Below are positions 27,804-36,648 of a stretch of DNA of 64,000 nucleotides, one piece after another. The notes under the pieces were generated by a model, which saw only the letters and a program-made list of their open reading frames with translations, had not been told where the DNA came from and did not search any database. This DNA comes from Bdellovibrionales bacterium (lineage in GTDB: Bacteria > Bdellovibrionota > Bdellovibrionia > Bdellovibrionales > JAGQZY01): NCBI GenBank assembly GCA_031429075.1, contig JANOYW010000091.1:34663-98662 (forward strand). The letters run 5' to 3'. Position numbers and translations under genes: made by a program. The stretch's first letter is position 1, and every line of letters begins with the position of its first letter.

Positions 27804-29510
27804 CTAAAAAGCTGTATCAAAGCGAAACAACATGAACGGATTCTGGGAAATTTTTGGGGGGGGAACAGTAACAATAGAAAAATGAACGTGTTCCAGTGGA
27901 ATTGCCAGCCATTGTGTTGCATTTTGAGTCGGCTTCAGTTCCGAATCAAGCAATAGGCACTCGCTGAGTATATCCTTTTTTGTCGTTTGCGAGAAAATAA
28001 AGCTAGGTTTATTGTAAGGAAACAGCCAATAACTCTTATTTTTAAATTGAATAATGTTCGTATTATGTGAAGTTTTCTCATCCGCACGCATGTGCTGAGC
28101 TCTTAAAAACACGCCAGGGGAATATTCCAAATAATTGTTTTTTAGAAACATTTGCAGATCATGGGTAAATAAAATATTTTTATAAGTATAGAGGTAAATA
28201 TCTGGAGGCTTGGCTTGCAGAGCCGCTAAGATTTCACGGCTTCGAGTGACTTCCCCAGGACCAATAAACAAGTAGTAGGTATTATCTTGAGGGAGCAGTC
28301 CGATGATGTCGTATACTGAAACGGCTGGATTCTCTTTTTCATAAGTCTGTAATTGGGAAATAAATTCTTTTTGCAAGATATTGCCGTTGAACTGTTGATT
28401 GACCGTAAATTGTTTCCAGCAGAGCCAACAAGCGGCGGCTATCAACAGAGGGGAAAGCCACTTTAAAAGGGGTCGGGAGCTGCAGAAATGATCCAACGAG
28501 CAAAACTGGATTGCAATTAAAGGAGTTAAAAACGGCCCCAGAAAAAAAGGCAGTTTTTGATTGTAAAGAAGAACTAAGCTCAGCAAACAAGCACCGTACA
28601 AATGGAAGAAAGAATGAATGGGATCTTTTTGTTTAGAAAATATATGGACAAAAAATAAAACCAACCACCCAACGAGTAAAAGTGTGTGTACCATACTTAG
28701 TCGTAGAAAACGAAGTACGTACATAAAGTCCATGGATTTAAAAAATAGAGCACCTCCCAGGTCGGGATCGAAACTTTTTAGATAAAAGTCGCCAGCTGAT
28801 TGGATGGCGGAAAGTAAAGTATGTTCTGGTTGGGTAAACCCCAAATACGATAAAATAAATAATGCAAATGTTAACGGAATCAGTAGAGATATAAGGGTGG
28901 TTTTTCCAATAGATTGCTTGTCCGAACTTTGCTGGGACAAGAAATGGCAACCTATTAGAAATTGCATAGCAATAAAAATGAGAGCTTTTGGTGTGGTGAG
29001 CAAAAGAGCCGTGTTCAGTAGCATAAACCACAGAAGGTATTTTCTGCGGGGTTTGAAATCTTGAAAAACAAGAAACAAAAAACAAGTATGAAGAAGTAGA
29101 GCTAGAATATCCGCACGGATGCGGAAGCCTTGATTGAAGAACAGGCTCGAGGTGAGACAAACGAGAATAATGGGAAGGAACAGGTTTTTTTTTTGGTAAA
29201 TCTTCGTAAAAGTTGCGGCGACCAAAACGACGGAAGTGAGAGCGATCAAAGCAAAAACGATGCGCGAGACTTCGTAAATTAACAAGTTATTGTTGCTCCA
29301 AAAAGCCGTAATAAAAACTACCATGTGGAAAAACCATTTATAATAAACAGATTGAACAGCACCAACAGAGAGGGCTTTTTTACTTAAGGCGAGAAGCCAG
29401 ATTTCTGAATCAGAAAAATAACAGATTGTGGCGAGGTGGATGAATAAGCCGCTGAAGGCGAGGCACAGAAGTAAATAAAATGTTTGAATTTTCGGTAAGG
29501 CAATGCGCAT
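27804..29510 (-). CDS. Polytopic membrane protein with C-terminal soluble domain, GT-C-like (ArnT/PMT/oligosaccharyltransferase-like topology)
   Basis: A long series of hydrophobic segments spans roughly the first two thirds of the protein, followed by a C-terminal hydrophilic domain of about 200 aa. An acidic SDSE sits in the first loop. The gene is 44 bp upstream of, and co-oriented with, the pilin-like gene. The functional class is inferred from topology only. Confidence 0.5.
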   Translation of the reverse strand: MRIALPKIQTFYLLLCLAFSGLFIHLATICYFSDSEIWLLALSKKALSVGAVQSVYYKWFFHMVVFITAFWSNNNLLIYEVSRIVFALIALTSVVLVAATFTKIYQKKNLFLPIILVCLTSSLFFNQGFRIRADILALLLHTCFLFLVFQDFKPRRKYLLWFMLLNTALLLTTPKALIFIAMQFLIGCHFLSQQSSDKQSIGKTTLISLLIPLTFALFILSYLGFTQPEHTLLSAIQSAGDFYLKSFDPDLGGALFFKSMDFMYVLRFLRLSMVHTLLLVGWLVLFFVHIFSKQKDPIHSFFHLYGACLLSLVLLYNQKLPFFLGPFLTPLIAIQFCSLDHFCSSRPLLKWLSPLLIAAACWLCWKQFTVNQQFNGNILQKEFISQLQTYEKENPAVSVYDIIGLLPQDNTYYLFIGPGEVTRSREILAALQAKPPDIYLYTYKNILFTHDLQMFLKNNYLEYSPGVFLRAQHMRADEKTSHNTNIIQFKNKSYWLFPYNKPSFIFSQTTKKDILSECLLLDSELKPTQNATQWLAIPLEHVHFSIVTVPPPKISQNPFMLFRFDTAF

Positions 29511-29522
29511 ATATAGTTAACT

Positions 29523-30542
29523 ATGAGTCTAACGATCTGTACCGTTGTTTACAACGAAGAAAGAAATCTTTCCACAATCGAGCACAACATTCGTTTACTC
29601 TGGGAAACAGCTCCTTCAGTGCGATTTCTGCTTATTGATAATGCGTCAACGGATCAGTCACCTTTAGCTCTGCGGGTGCTCAGTGCAAAGTACGGGATTC
29701 GCCATATTCAAAGAGCGCAAAATCACTTGCCGCAAGCTCGTCAACAGGCTCTGCAATTAAGTTTAACGAAGTGGGTTGGGTTTATTGATGCCGATTGTCG
29801 AATTGATGAGGATTGGGTTTCTAATATGGGCCAACGCATTTTAGAGGTTGCAGGTCCAGTTGCGGCGTTTGGTGGTCCATGGCAAATAACGGGGGAGCGA
29901 TCTGCACTTTACCAGGGGTTGTTTAGCTCGTTTCTTGGACACTTTGGAAACTGCTACTTACGGAATCAATTTCAAAAAAGCTATGTTGACCATTTGCCAA
30001 CCGCTAATGTTTTTTACTCTCTGGAACACGTTTTGCTGGTGGGAGGATTTTCGTCGCCCCATCCCCATGTGGGAGAAGATTTAGACTTAAGCTACCGGCT
30101 TCGACGGCACGGCCTTAAGATTGAGTTTAATCCTAAGTTAAAAATTCAGCATCAGTTACCAACGTCTTTGCGAGCGTGGTGTGCCAAAATGTTTTTGTAT
30201 GGAACAGCTCGCGGTGAAGTGCTTTCGAGGTATAAAAAAATCAATTCTTATAAATCGATGGTTCCGCTTTTATTTTTACCGATTTTTTTATTAGCTGGGT
30301 ATTTTTCAACACATTTATTTTTAGGTGTTCTTGCTTTTTACTTACTGTCTTGCTTTTTTTGTTCGCTAAACTGGAGAAAGCTACGCCTCTGCTTGCAAAT
30401 TTTTCTATGGATGCTGGCAACTCATACTTTTTACGGGTTCGGCATTTATTATGGCTGTAAAATTTCGTTGCAAGCTTCGTTAAAAAAGAGGCTCGCCCAA
30501 TGGCGCCATAGAGGCCCAGCATGGGAAGAAAAATCAACTTAG
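29523..30542 (+). CDS. Glycosyltransferase family 2 with C-terminal TM helices
   Basis: ICTVVYNEERNL...LLIDNASTDQS...FIDADC (DxD-type motif). The C-terminal hydrophobic helices overlap the convergent GT2 ORF. Confidence 0.8.
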   Translation: MSLTICTVVYNEERNLSTIEHNIRLLWETAPSVRFLLIDNASTDQSPLALRVLSAKYGIRHIQRAQNHLPQARQQALQLSLTKWVGFIDADCRIDEDWVSNMGQRILEVAGPVAAFGGPWQITGERSALYQGLFSSFLGHFGNCYLRNQFQKSYVDHLPTANVFYSLEHVLLVGGFSSPHPHVGEDLDLSYRLRRHGLKIEFNPKLKIQHQLPTSLRAWCAKMFLYGTARGEVLSRYKKINSYKSMVPLLFLPIFLLAGYFSTHLFLGVLAFYLLSCFFCSLNWRKLRLCLQIFLWMLATHTFYGFGIYYGCKISLQASLKKRLAQWRHRGPAWEEKST

Positions 30543-31290
30543 TTTCTTTGTCTTGGTAAAGAAAGCCCAGCCCGCGCTTCAGTTGCTCTAGCTGGAAAAC
30601 GACTTTTTCAGGCTGCAGCTGGGCACCTTGGGTCCAAGACTTTCGAAAAACCCCATACAGCGAAGTCTTTGGCTGGTGAAACACGCTCCAGCGAGAGGAT
30701 AATTGAATCTGTAGCCCAACATCGGCCCAGGATGAATTTAATAAATATTCCTCACCAGCTCGCGAGTTTCTCTCGTCAAACGAAATTTTGTTCTGTTGAA
30801 GGAGCTGCCGTGGGTAGAAACAGCACCCTCCAAGGAGAACCGGTGAAGTTGTCTTTAGTTTTTGATAACTTTTGGCCCAGGCATTACACATATAGTTGTA
30901 AAACTGATCGCTCATCGTCGATGTTGTTTCGCTGAGATAAAATCCCCCGGCGGCATGGGTTGGCCTCTTTTGATGAAACTGTGTCATCTGTTGCAAATAA
31001 TTGCGGCGAGGCAAATAACAATCTTCATCCAGAAAAAAGACAATTTCCCCTTTCGCAACTTTGATGCCTTGGTTGCGCGCGCTTGCAATGCTGTGTTTAG
31101 GAGTTGCCACGATACGGTAGTTCAATTCGCCGGCGAATGATCTTATGGTTTGCTGGTGCCGTTGTTCTGGGTTTGTTGCGCAAATAAGCACTTCAAAGTT
31201 TTTGTAGCTTTGGCTTTGCAGAGAGGTAAAGAGTCTTTTTAAAAACGCAATATTGAATCTTGAGGCTACGATGATAGAAATCATGCTCAT
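30241..31290 (-). CDS. Glycosyltransferase family 2
   Basis: ISIIVASRFN...ARNQGIKVAKGEIVFFLDEDC. The last 100 or so codons are Lys-rich, low complexity and antisense to the neighbouring gene's TM helices. Confidence 0.72.
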   Translation of the reverse strand: MSMISIIVASRFNIAFLKRLFTSLQSQSYKNFEVLICATNPEQRHQQTIRSFAGELNYRIVATPKHSIASARNQGIKVAKGEIVFFLDEDCYLPRRNYLQQMTQFHQKRPTHAAGGFYLSETTSTMSDQFYNYMCNAWAKSYQKLKTTSPVLLGGCCFYPRQLLQQNKISFDERNSRAGEEYLLNSSWADVGLQIQLSSRWSVFHQPKTSLYGVFRKSWTQGAQLQPEKVVFQLEQLKRGLGFLYQDKETKLIFLPMLGLYGAIGRASFLTKLATKFYSHNKCRTRKKYELPASIEKFASRGVAFSSLANKKSKTVSKKQEHLKINVLKNTQLIKKSVKIKAEPSIYKN

Positions 31291-32363
31291 TTTAGCCCAA
31301 CTGTCTTAAAAGCCAACCAGCCCAATTTTTTGCAAATAAAAATACATCGGTAGGAAAAACGAACTGCTATCAGGGTTCGCGGCGCCAGCGGCAATGGTTC
31401 GAACATGGATTGGAAGAAGCCATAGGATGCGAGAGTGATTGAATGCAGTCGCCAAAAGGTTTTCGAGCAAAGGGAGTATAGCCACCAATACAGTTGGACC
31501 ATTTGTTTGCCAATAAACCGATCAAACAGGGTTTTTAAAAACAGCAAAAATCGATTTCCATCGGTGAATTGCGATTGATAGCCCAAAATAAAAAACAGCG
31601 CGTAAAGCTCTAATCCAGCACGCAACCACATCGGGGCTTGGTCGGTGCTTGACGACATTTGCTTGAGTTGATGACCATACATTTTTGTTTGTACGGCGGC
31701 GCCGATTCCTTGCAAAAAGGCCTTGCGCAAAAGGCTATGCAAATTGAGTTGGGTGTTGTGATAAACCGCCAGATCTAAAAAATACCCATGGGCACCGTAT
31801 TTAAGGGCCAAGATGGTGTTGAGTGGTGTTTCACTGCCGCCGTAGATGATCTCTTCGGTAAAACGAAAACCGTTTGCAAAAATAAAAGCTTTGTAAGAGG
31901 CATTACCGCCGAGAAGTGCTGTTGATCGCGAGGTTTCGATGAAATTGGCATGGATCCAATTGGCGTTGTTTGCATGATAAATTTGGTCACAGAGTGAAGA
32001 ATTTTGTGTGAGCAAGTAAGGCCCGCCCACCGCCGCCAAGTGGGAAAAGCTGTGGTGGTAAGCGAAGTGTTTTTGCAAAAATGCGGGATCCGTGACTTCG
32101 CAGTCGTCGTCTAAAAACAGAATCACCGAACCCCGTGCGTGGAGAGCTCCATGATTTCGCGCATGGTTAACCCCTGGGTGTGGCGCGCATAAAAGTTGGA
32201 CTAGCGAAGAGTCTTTCAGCGGAGACGATTTTTTTTGCAGTTCGGAATTGTAAACAACGAGCACTTCGAAGGAAGCGCGAACCATGTTTTGTAGTTGAAG
32301 GGACTCAACAAGCCTGATAAGGCTGTCGGGTCGATTCGTTGTAGGAATCACCACTGAAAGCAT
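31287..32363 (-). CDS. Glycosyltransferase family 2
   Basis: LSVVIPTTNRPDSL...ARNHGALHARGSVILFLDDDC. 4-nt overlap with the downstream GT2. Confidence 0.75.
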   Translation of the reverse strand: MLSVVIPTTNRPDSLIRLVESLQLQNMVRASFEVLVVYNSELQKKSSPLKDSSLVQLLCAPHPGVNHARNHGALHARGSVILFLDDDCEVTDPAFLQKHFAYHHSFSHLAAVGGPYLLTQNSSLCDQIYHANNANWIHANFIETSRSTALLGGNASYKAFIFANGFRFTEEIIYGGSETPLNTILALKYGAHGYFLDLAVYHNTQLNLHSLLRKAFLQGIGAAVQTKMYGHQLKQMSSSTDQAPMWLRAGLELYALFFILGYQSQFTDGNRFLLFLKTLFDRFIGKQMVQLYWWLYSLCSKTFWRLHSITLASYGFFQSMFEPLPLAPRTLIAVRFSYRCIFICKKLGWLAFKTVGLK

Positions 32364-32391
32364 TGAACAAAACTACTGATAAGGTCTGACT

Positions 32392-33948
32392 GTGTCAACG
32401 CGGTTCGAGCAAAAGCCATTCCATGGATTACATTCTCGCGGGCGGAGTTATGTTTACGCTGTGCCGGCCGCTGATGACGTCTGCAATGATTTATGGAAGC
32501 TCAATGGCACGTGGCGAAAAGGTTTCTGGAATTACGATAAATTTTTGCGTTCTTTGGAAAAAGCTCAAAGGTCTGGTTACTCCAGCTTTGTGATGTCTGA
32601 GCTCGTGTTTGCACTCCCGCAATGGGAGTCGATGTTTCAGGAGATAAAAATGGCAGGACTGACTCCGGTTCTGCAAGTGAGCAGTGAAGAAAGCTTAACT
32701 CACTTTGCCGCGTTCGTTGCGCAAAATCAAATTGGGGTGGAGCGATGGATTGTTGACCAGTGGCCAAACTGGCAGGTCTTACGGTCTTTAAAAAAAACCA
32801 ACACAGTCAGTTTAAAAATGCTCGGTACTCGTTCGAACAAGTGTCTTTATAATCTTGATCAAATTCCCAAAGATTTTTATAGCGACATGGAGTTTTATTT
32901 TCCCTACCATCTCGATAAAAAGCAAAAGCTTCGTCCTCGAGAGGTGGTTGCTTGGCAGAAACACGTTCAGAAAAACCATCCACAGCTCAATGTTAAGGGG
33001 GTTAGCGGCGTAGATGTGTTTGAACCACGAATCGGAGAGGAAATGGAGTTGGAACCTTGCCATCCTCCGCTATTTTGCTCGGATCCTTCCTTGCTGCCGC
33101 AGGTATCGGTGGTGATTCCCACTTATAACAATGGATTGTATTTGCTAAATACTTTACGCCATCTTGAGCGGCAGACTCTTTCGAAAAACTGCTATGAAGT
33201 GGTTGTTGTGGACGATGGAAGTTGCGACAAAATAAGCGAAAATTTAATGAATTTAATCAAAGACTTTCAAATGCCCATCCGTCTTCTCTACTATCCACGC
33301 ATGCAGCTGCGAAAGATGGGAGATGGTCAATTTCGTGCAGGTCTTGCTAGAAACTATGGTGTGAAGTTTGCGAGAGGAGAACTTTTAGTTTTTCTCGACT
33401 CGGATATTTTAACGCCTGCCGATTTTTTAGAAAAAACTTTGGCTTTGCACGAGCAGTATGAGGTTGTTCAGTGGCGTCGGGATTACTTTCATAAAAAAGT
33501 CCCCAGCATTCGGATGCGCTACGAAGATGTTGTGGAGACTCAGCACTGCTACGTGCCTGAAGGCGGCTACTGGCATCGTTTTTACGAGCAGGCTGGCGAA
33601 AAAGGTTGGATGCAAGTGGCGGATCATTGGAAGTACGCTTGCACCTATGGATTTTCGCTTAAAAAATCGTTGTTTAAAGACGTCGGTTGGTTTCGCAAAA
33701 CCTTTTGTTTTTACGGATTGGAAGACACTGATCTCGGCTGGCGCTTGGCGCAAAGAGGGTGTTCGTTTCATCTCGAGCCGACGCCGGTGTATCATCTGTT
33801 TCACGAGAATTCCCGTTCGGAGTATTTCAACTCGGCCTACAAGCGGCAGAAGTTGTTGAAAGCAACGTCAGAGATCTTCTTTTACAACAATCTCTCCCCC
33901 GAGATCTATCGGGTGTTTCAGTATTTGTTGAACAGCTGGATTTTTTGA
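32392..33948 (+). CDS. Two-domain protein: unknown N-terminal domain (about 235 aa) plus C-terminal family 2 glycosyltransferase
   Basis: The C-terminal half has VSVVIPTYNNGLYL...VVVVDDGSCD...ARNYGVKFARGELLVFLDSD. I do not recognise the N-terminal part. GTG start. Confidence 0.72.
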   Translation: MSTRFEQKPFHGLHSRGRSYVYAVPAADDVCNDLWKLNGTWRKGFWNYDKFLRSLEKAQRSGYSSFVMSELVFALPQWESMFQEIKMAGLTPVLQVSSEESLTHFAAFVAQNQIGVERWIVDQWPNWQVLRSLKKTNTVSLKMLGTRSNKCLYNLDQIPKDFYSDMEFYFPYHLDKKQKLRPREVVAWQKHVQKNHPQLNVKGVSGVDVFEPRIGEEMELEPCHPPLFCSDPSLLPQVSVVIPTYNNGLYLLNTLRHLERQTLSKNCYEVVVVDDGSCDKISENLMNLIKDFQMPIRLLYYPRMQLRKMGDGQFRAGLARNYGVKFARGELLVFLDSDILTPADFLEKTLALHEQYEVVQWRRDYFHKKVPSIRMRYEDVVETQHCYVPEGGYWHRFYEQAGEKGWMQVADHWKYACTYGFSLKKSLFKDVGWFRKTFCFYGLEDTDLGWRLAQRGCSFHLEPTPVYHLFHENSRSEYFNSAYKRQKLLKATSEIFFYNNLSPEIYRVFQYLLNSWIF

Positions 33949-33984
33949 GGAGAGTGGTGGCTTCGGATAGCCTTAATCTTTCAC

Positions 33985-33997
33985 TGCCGTTGCGGCA
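33985..33997. repeat. REP-like palindromic motif, copy 1 (TGCCGTTGCGGCA)
   Basis: Imperfect palindrome of the family TGCCGCWGCGGCA, in the intergenic region after the GT2 gene. Confidence 0.5.
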
Positions 33998-34175
33998 TCG
34001 GTGGGGGTGTTTCAGAAGTGTTGGATGTGCGGTGAATGATGGGGTTGGTGTCTGAAAAGAATGGATTATTCTTTCATAGAGAGTTTTAGCTGGGTTATCG
34101 GAGTTATTTCCGGCAATGTCTAGGATAAGAAGTCCATGCTCATACACGGACTGACAACTAGAAAAGGTTGAATAC

Positions 34176-34841
34176 TCAAATACACTTCTCGCCAATTGGT
34201 TTTTGGACAGCTAAAAATGAGTTACTTCTAAATTCGATATTTATGTTCTCTTTGATCCAAAAATCCATCCCACATGAACTGGAATCCACATGGAATCGAG
34301 GAAGATCATAAAGGTAGGGATTAACCGTATACTGACTACAATCTGTATTTGCCGTATTGAGATTCTCAATCGTATGAACGCTTCCATCATCACAGGTCAC
34401 AGCACCGATGTTATTCTTTACAGTAAAGCCAAAAGATTTTCCTGCGTACTTAACTAAATAATAATAATTTTCATAATACTCCTTATAATCTGGAGAATAC
34501 CAAGTCAGTGATGTGTACTCAAAAAAACTTTGATTGTTTTTCTCTGCAACAAACGAGATTTCATCCTGAATTCCCTGAAAGAGTCCTGATGGGATCTGTA
34601 CAGGATTTTTAAAATTGAGCTTGATATATCCATTTTTGCTTACGGCAGACATCAGGTCGGCTGACTGCCGAACAGCCAACAAGTTCATGATTGAAAACGA
34701 TTTGTCGGTAAAGCGATTTATTGATTCCGTTAAGCATTGAACACTTTTGCGATAGGCATCACATCTTGGTAGTGCTGCTTCTGAGCCATTAACCGAGCCA
34801 AAACTTATTAACATGCCAATTAAAAATAATGATTTCTTCAT
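34176..34841 (-). CDS. Secreted hypothetical protein (AT-rich gene, several Cys)
   Basis: Signal peptide MKKSLFLIGMLISFGSVNGSEA. No recognisable family. Looks markedly AT-richer than the surrounding genes by eye. Confidence 0.55.
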   Translation of the reverse strand: MKKSLFLIGMLISFGSVNGSEAALPRCDAYRKSVQCLTESINRFTDKSFSIMNLLAVRQSADLMSAVSKNGYIKLNFKNPVQIPSGLFQGIQDEISFVAEKNNQSFFEYTSLTWYSPDYKEYYENYYYLVKYAGKSFGFTVKNNIGAVTCDDGSVHTIENLNTANTDCSQYTVNPYLYDLPRFHVDSSSCGMDFWIKENINIEFRSNSFLAVQKPIGEKCI

Positions 34842-35052
34842 CGAAGTCCCCTGTAAAAATTCTGAATTGTTAAATAGTGTTTAATGGACCAGCTTAAGTG
34901 TCAACAAAAGTAATGGACTTGGAGCACCCTGGTCACTACAAGATCAATAAAACCTACCCAATACCAAATAATCCCTCACTCCAACACCTCGCCCGTCTAT
35001 TAAAGAAGTGCCATTCTTTCCGTGAATTCCTCCGATGCAAGCATCTATGTTG

Positions 35053-35065
35053 ATGCCGCTGCGGC
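35053..35065. repeat. REP-like palindromic motif, copy 2 (TGCCGCTGCGGCA)
   Basis: Same 13-nt palindrome family, in the 513-bp divergent intergenic region. Confidence 0.5.
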
Positions 35066-35354
35066 AGCACGTGTGGCGTCAATCCGGAAACTTTTTTTTC
35101 AAAAAAGTTTGACCAGTGTTTCTGCGTGTTTGGATTGTGTCTAAGAAGCTATTAGGTTGTTGCCTGTGGAGCATTATTGGCGTTGCGAAAACTCGCGCTA
35201 TAGATCAGTTTTTGTAGGTTTAATGACATTTTAAAGATTTATTTTTTTAAATTGTCCGGCTCATATATTTCTCAAAAATGAAATATAAAAACCCGTGTTA
35301 TTGTTTTTTTGAAAGCTAAAACTCAAATGAATGAGCAGCTGAAAAGGAGAAATC

Positions 35355-36365
35355 ATGCAGGTAAGTTCTGTATCAGACGAACATCTCTTAACTTGTTTTG
35401 CAAACGCAGTTCGCAGTGAGCGAAAAATTACCCATCACGTGTTAGCGTTGATTGGTGAAATAGACCGACGGAAACTTTATCTACGCAAAACTTATACCAG
35501 TCTTTTTGATTTTTTAGTGAACGACTTTGGGTATAGTCCTGGATCTGCCATGCGCCGTATTGATGCTGCGCGATTGCTTTGTGAGTTGCCGGAAACAGCG
35601 CAGAAATTTCAGGAGGGGACTCTTACTTTATCCCAGGCCACCCAAGTTCAGCGTGCAAGTCGCGAGTTGAAGAAGATTAAAAATAAGAATCTCAGTACAG
35701 AGAATAAGCGCGAGTTGATTTTGCAGATTGAAAATTCCACGCAAAAACAAACCGAGCAGCTTATTGCAACGACTTTGGATTTACCGGTTGTGCCTCAGCA
35801 AAAACAGACACTGCATCGTGATCAATCGGTAACTTTGACGATCACTTTTACCCACGAGCAAATGCAAATTTTGCAGCAGGCGCAGAATATGATTTCGCAC
35901 ACGGTGGTGAGCGAGGACTGGGCGGAGGCGCTGACCCATTTGGCTAGGAGAGAATTAAAACGCCGAACGAGCGTGCGCGAGATTAACTCTGCGCGTAGCT
36001 TTGGAGCCACGAAAGTTGCTGCCGTAGCGGCAGTGAAAACAATTGGGAGTGTTGAAGTTACCCCCTTGGCTACTAGCTCGAAAGGCAATGGTAAAGCTTA
36101 TTCATCTACCTCTGCGATAGTAAAACCAAATAACCAATTTACTTCTACCAATAAACGCCGGGCGCTGCCGGCGGCGGTTCGCAAGGCGCTGCTGTATGGG
36201 GATGCGGTTTGTGCTTACAAAGATGCAAATGGTAAAATATGCGGGAGCCAACGATTTTTACAAATCGATCATATTCACAGTTGGAGTCGAGGGGGAACAA
36301 ACAATCGCGAAAATTTGCAGGTTTTGTGTGGAGTTCACAACCGACTTAAATTTCAAATTGAATAG
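35355..36365 (+). CDS. HNH endonuclease with DUF222-like N-terminal domain
   Basis: C-terminal HNH motif CGSQRFLQIDHIHSWSRGGTNNRENLQVLCGVHNRLK. The N-terminus (ERKITHHVLALIGEIDRRKLYLRKTYTSLFDFL...AMRRIDAARLL) resembles DUF222. Confidence 0.85.
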   Translation: MQVSSVSDEHLLTCFANAVRSERKITHHVLALIGEIDRRKLYLRKTYTSLFDFLVNDFGYSPGSAMRRIDAARLLCELPETAQKFQEGTLTLSQATQVQRASRELKKIKNKNLSTENKRELILQIENSTQKQTEQLIATTLDLPVVPQQKQTLHRDQSVTLTITFTHEQMQILQQAQNMISHTVVSEDWAEALTHLARRELKRRTSVREINSARSFGATKVAAVAAVKTIGSVEVTPLATSSKGNGKAYSSTSAIVKPNNQFTSTNKRRALPAAVRKALLYGDAVCAYKDANGKICGSQRFLQIDHIHSWSRGGTNNRENLQVLCGVHNRLKFQIE

Positions 36366-36430
36366 CCAGGAAAGTTCATTGGATATTCGTAGTCTGTGAG
36401 GCATCGGGCAAAAATCTTGGGCCGACTTTA

Positions 36431-36464
36431 ACTGCCGCTACGGCAGTAAGGAGCTCAGTTTGTT
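36431..36464. repeat. REP-like element, copy 3 (34-nt extended form)
   Basis: ACTGCCGCTACGGCAGTAAGGAGCTCAGTTTGTT matches copy 4 at 28 of 34 positions in my manual alignment. Confidence 0.6.
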
Positions 36465-36532
36465 ACATATAAATGAGTAGAGGCTGGTGCATACACAAAG
36501 CTAAAATACACAAGGGGAGGATGCTATTCATT

Positions 36533-36570
36533 GCTGATGGGTGCTATCAGCTTTGTATCTTTATTTTTTT
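36533..36570 (+). terminator. Terminator-like hairpin downstream of the HNH gene
   Basis: GCTGAT-gggtgct-ATCAGC followed by a T-rich tract (TTTGTATCTTTATTTTTTTT). Confidence 0.4.
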
Positions 36571-36614
36571 TGCCGGAAGTTTTTTTAGGTTAGAGAACCC
36601 TTGCCTTCTTTTCT

Positions 36615-36648
36615 ATTGCCGCTGCGGCAGTGATGAACTTAGTTTGTT
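36615..36648. repeat. REP-like element, copy 4 (34-nt extended form), overlapping the mazG stop codon
   Basis: ATTGCCGCTGCGGCAGTGATGAACTTAGTTTGTT. Its last 10 nt encode the final three codons and the stop of mazG on the minus strand. Confidence 0.6.

Noticed and set aside
27760-28000. A sigma-54 promoter (TGGCAC-N5-TTGC) upstream of the giant pilin. I also checked upstream of pilB and of the genes after pilR.
   Set aside because: Only partial matches were found by eye, for example TGGCTGGCAATTCC on the minus strand near 27905 and TGGCGTCAAAATCTC at 63362, and none had the correct GG-N10-GC spacing. The result is inconclusive without a PWM scan.
33985-36648. Whether the four TGCCGCWGCGGCA copies could be a CRISPR array.
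   Set aside because: The spacing is irregular (about 1.1 kb, 1.4 kb and 0.2 kb), with protein-coding genes between copies. The core is only 13 nt and palindromic, and there are no cas genes. I treat it as REP-like repeats.
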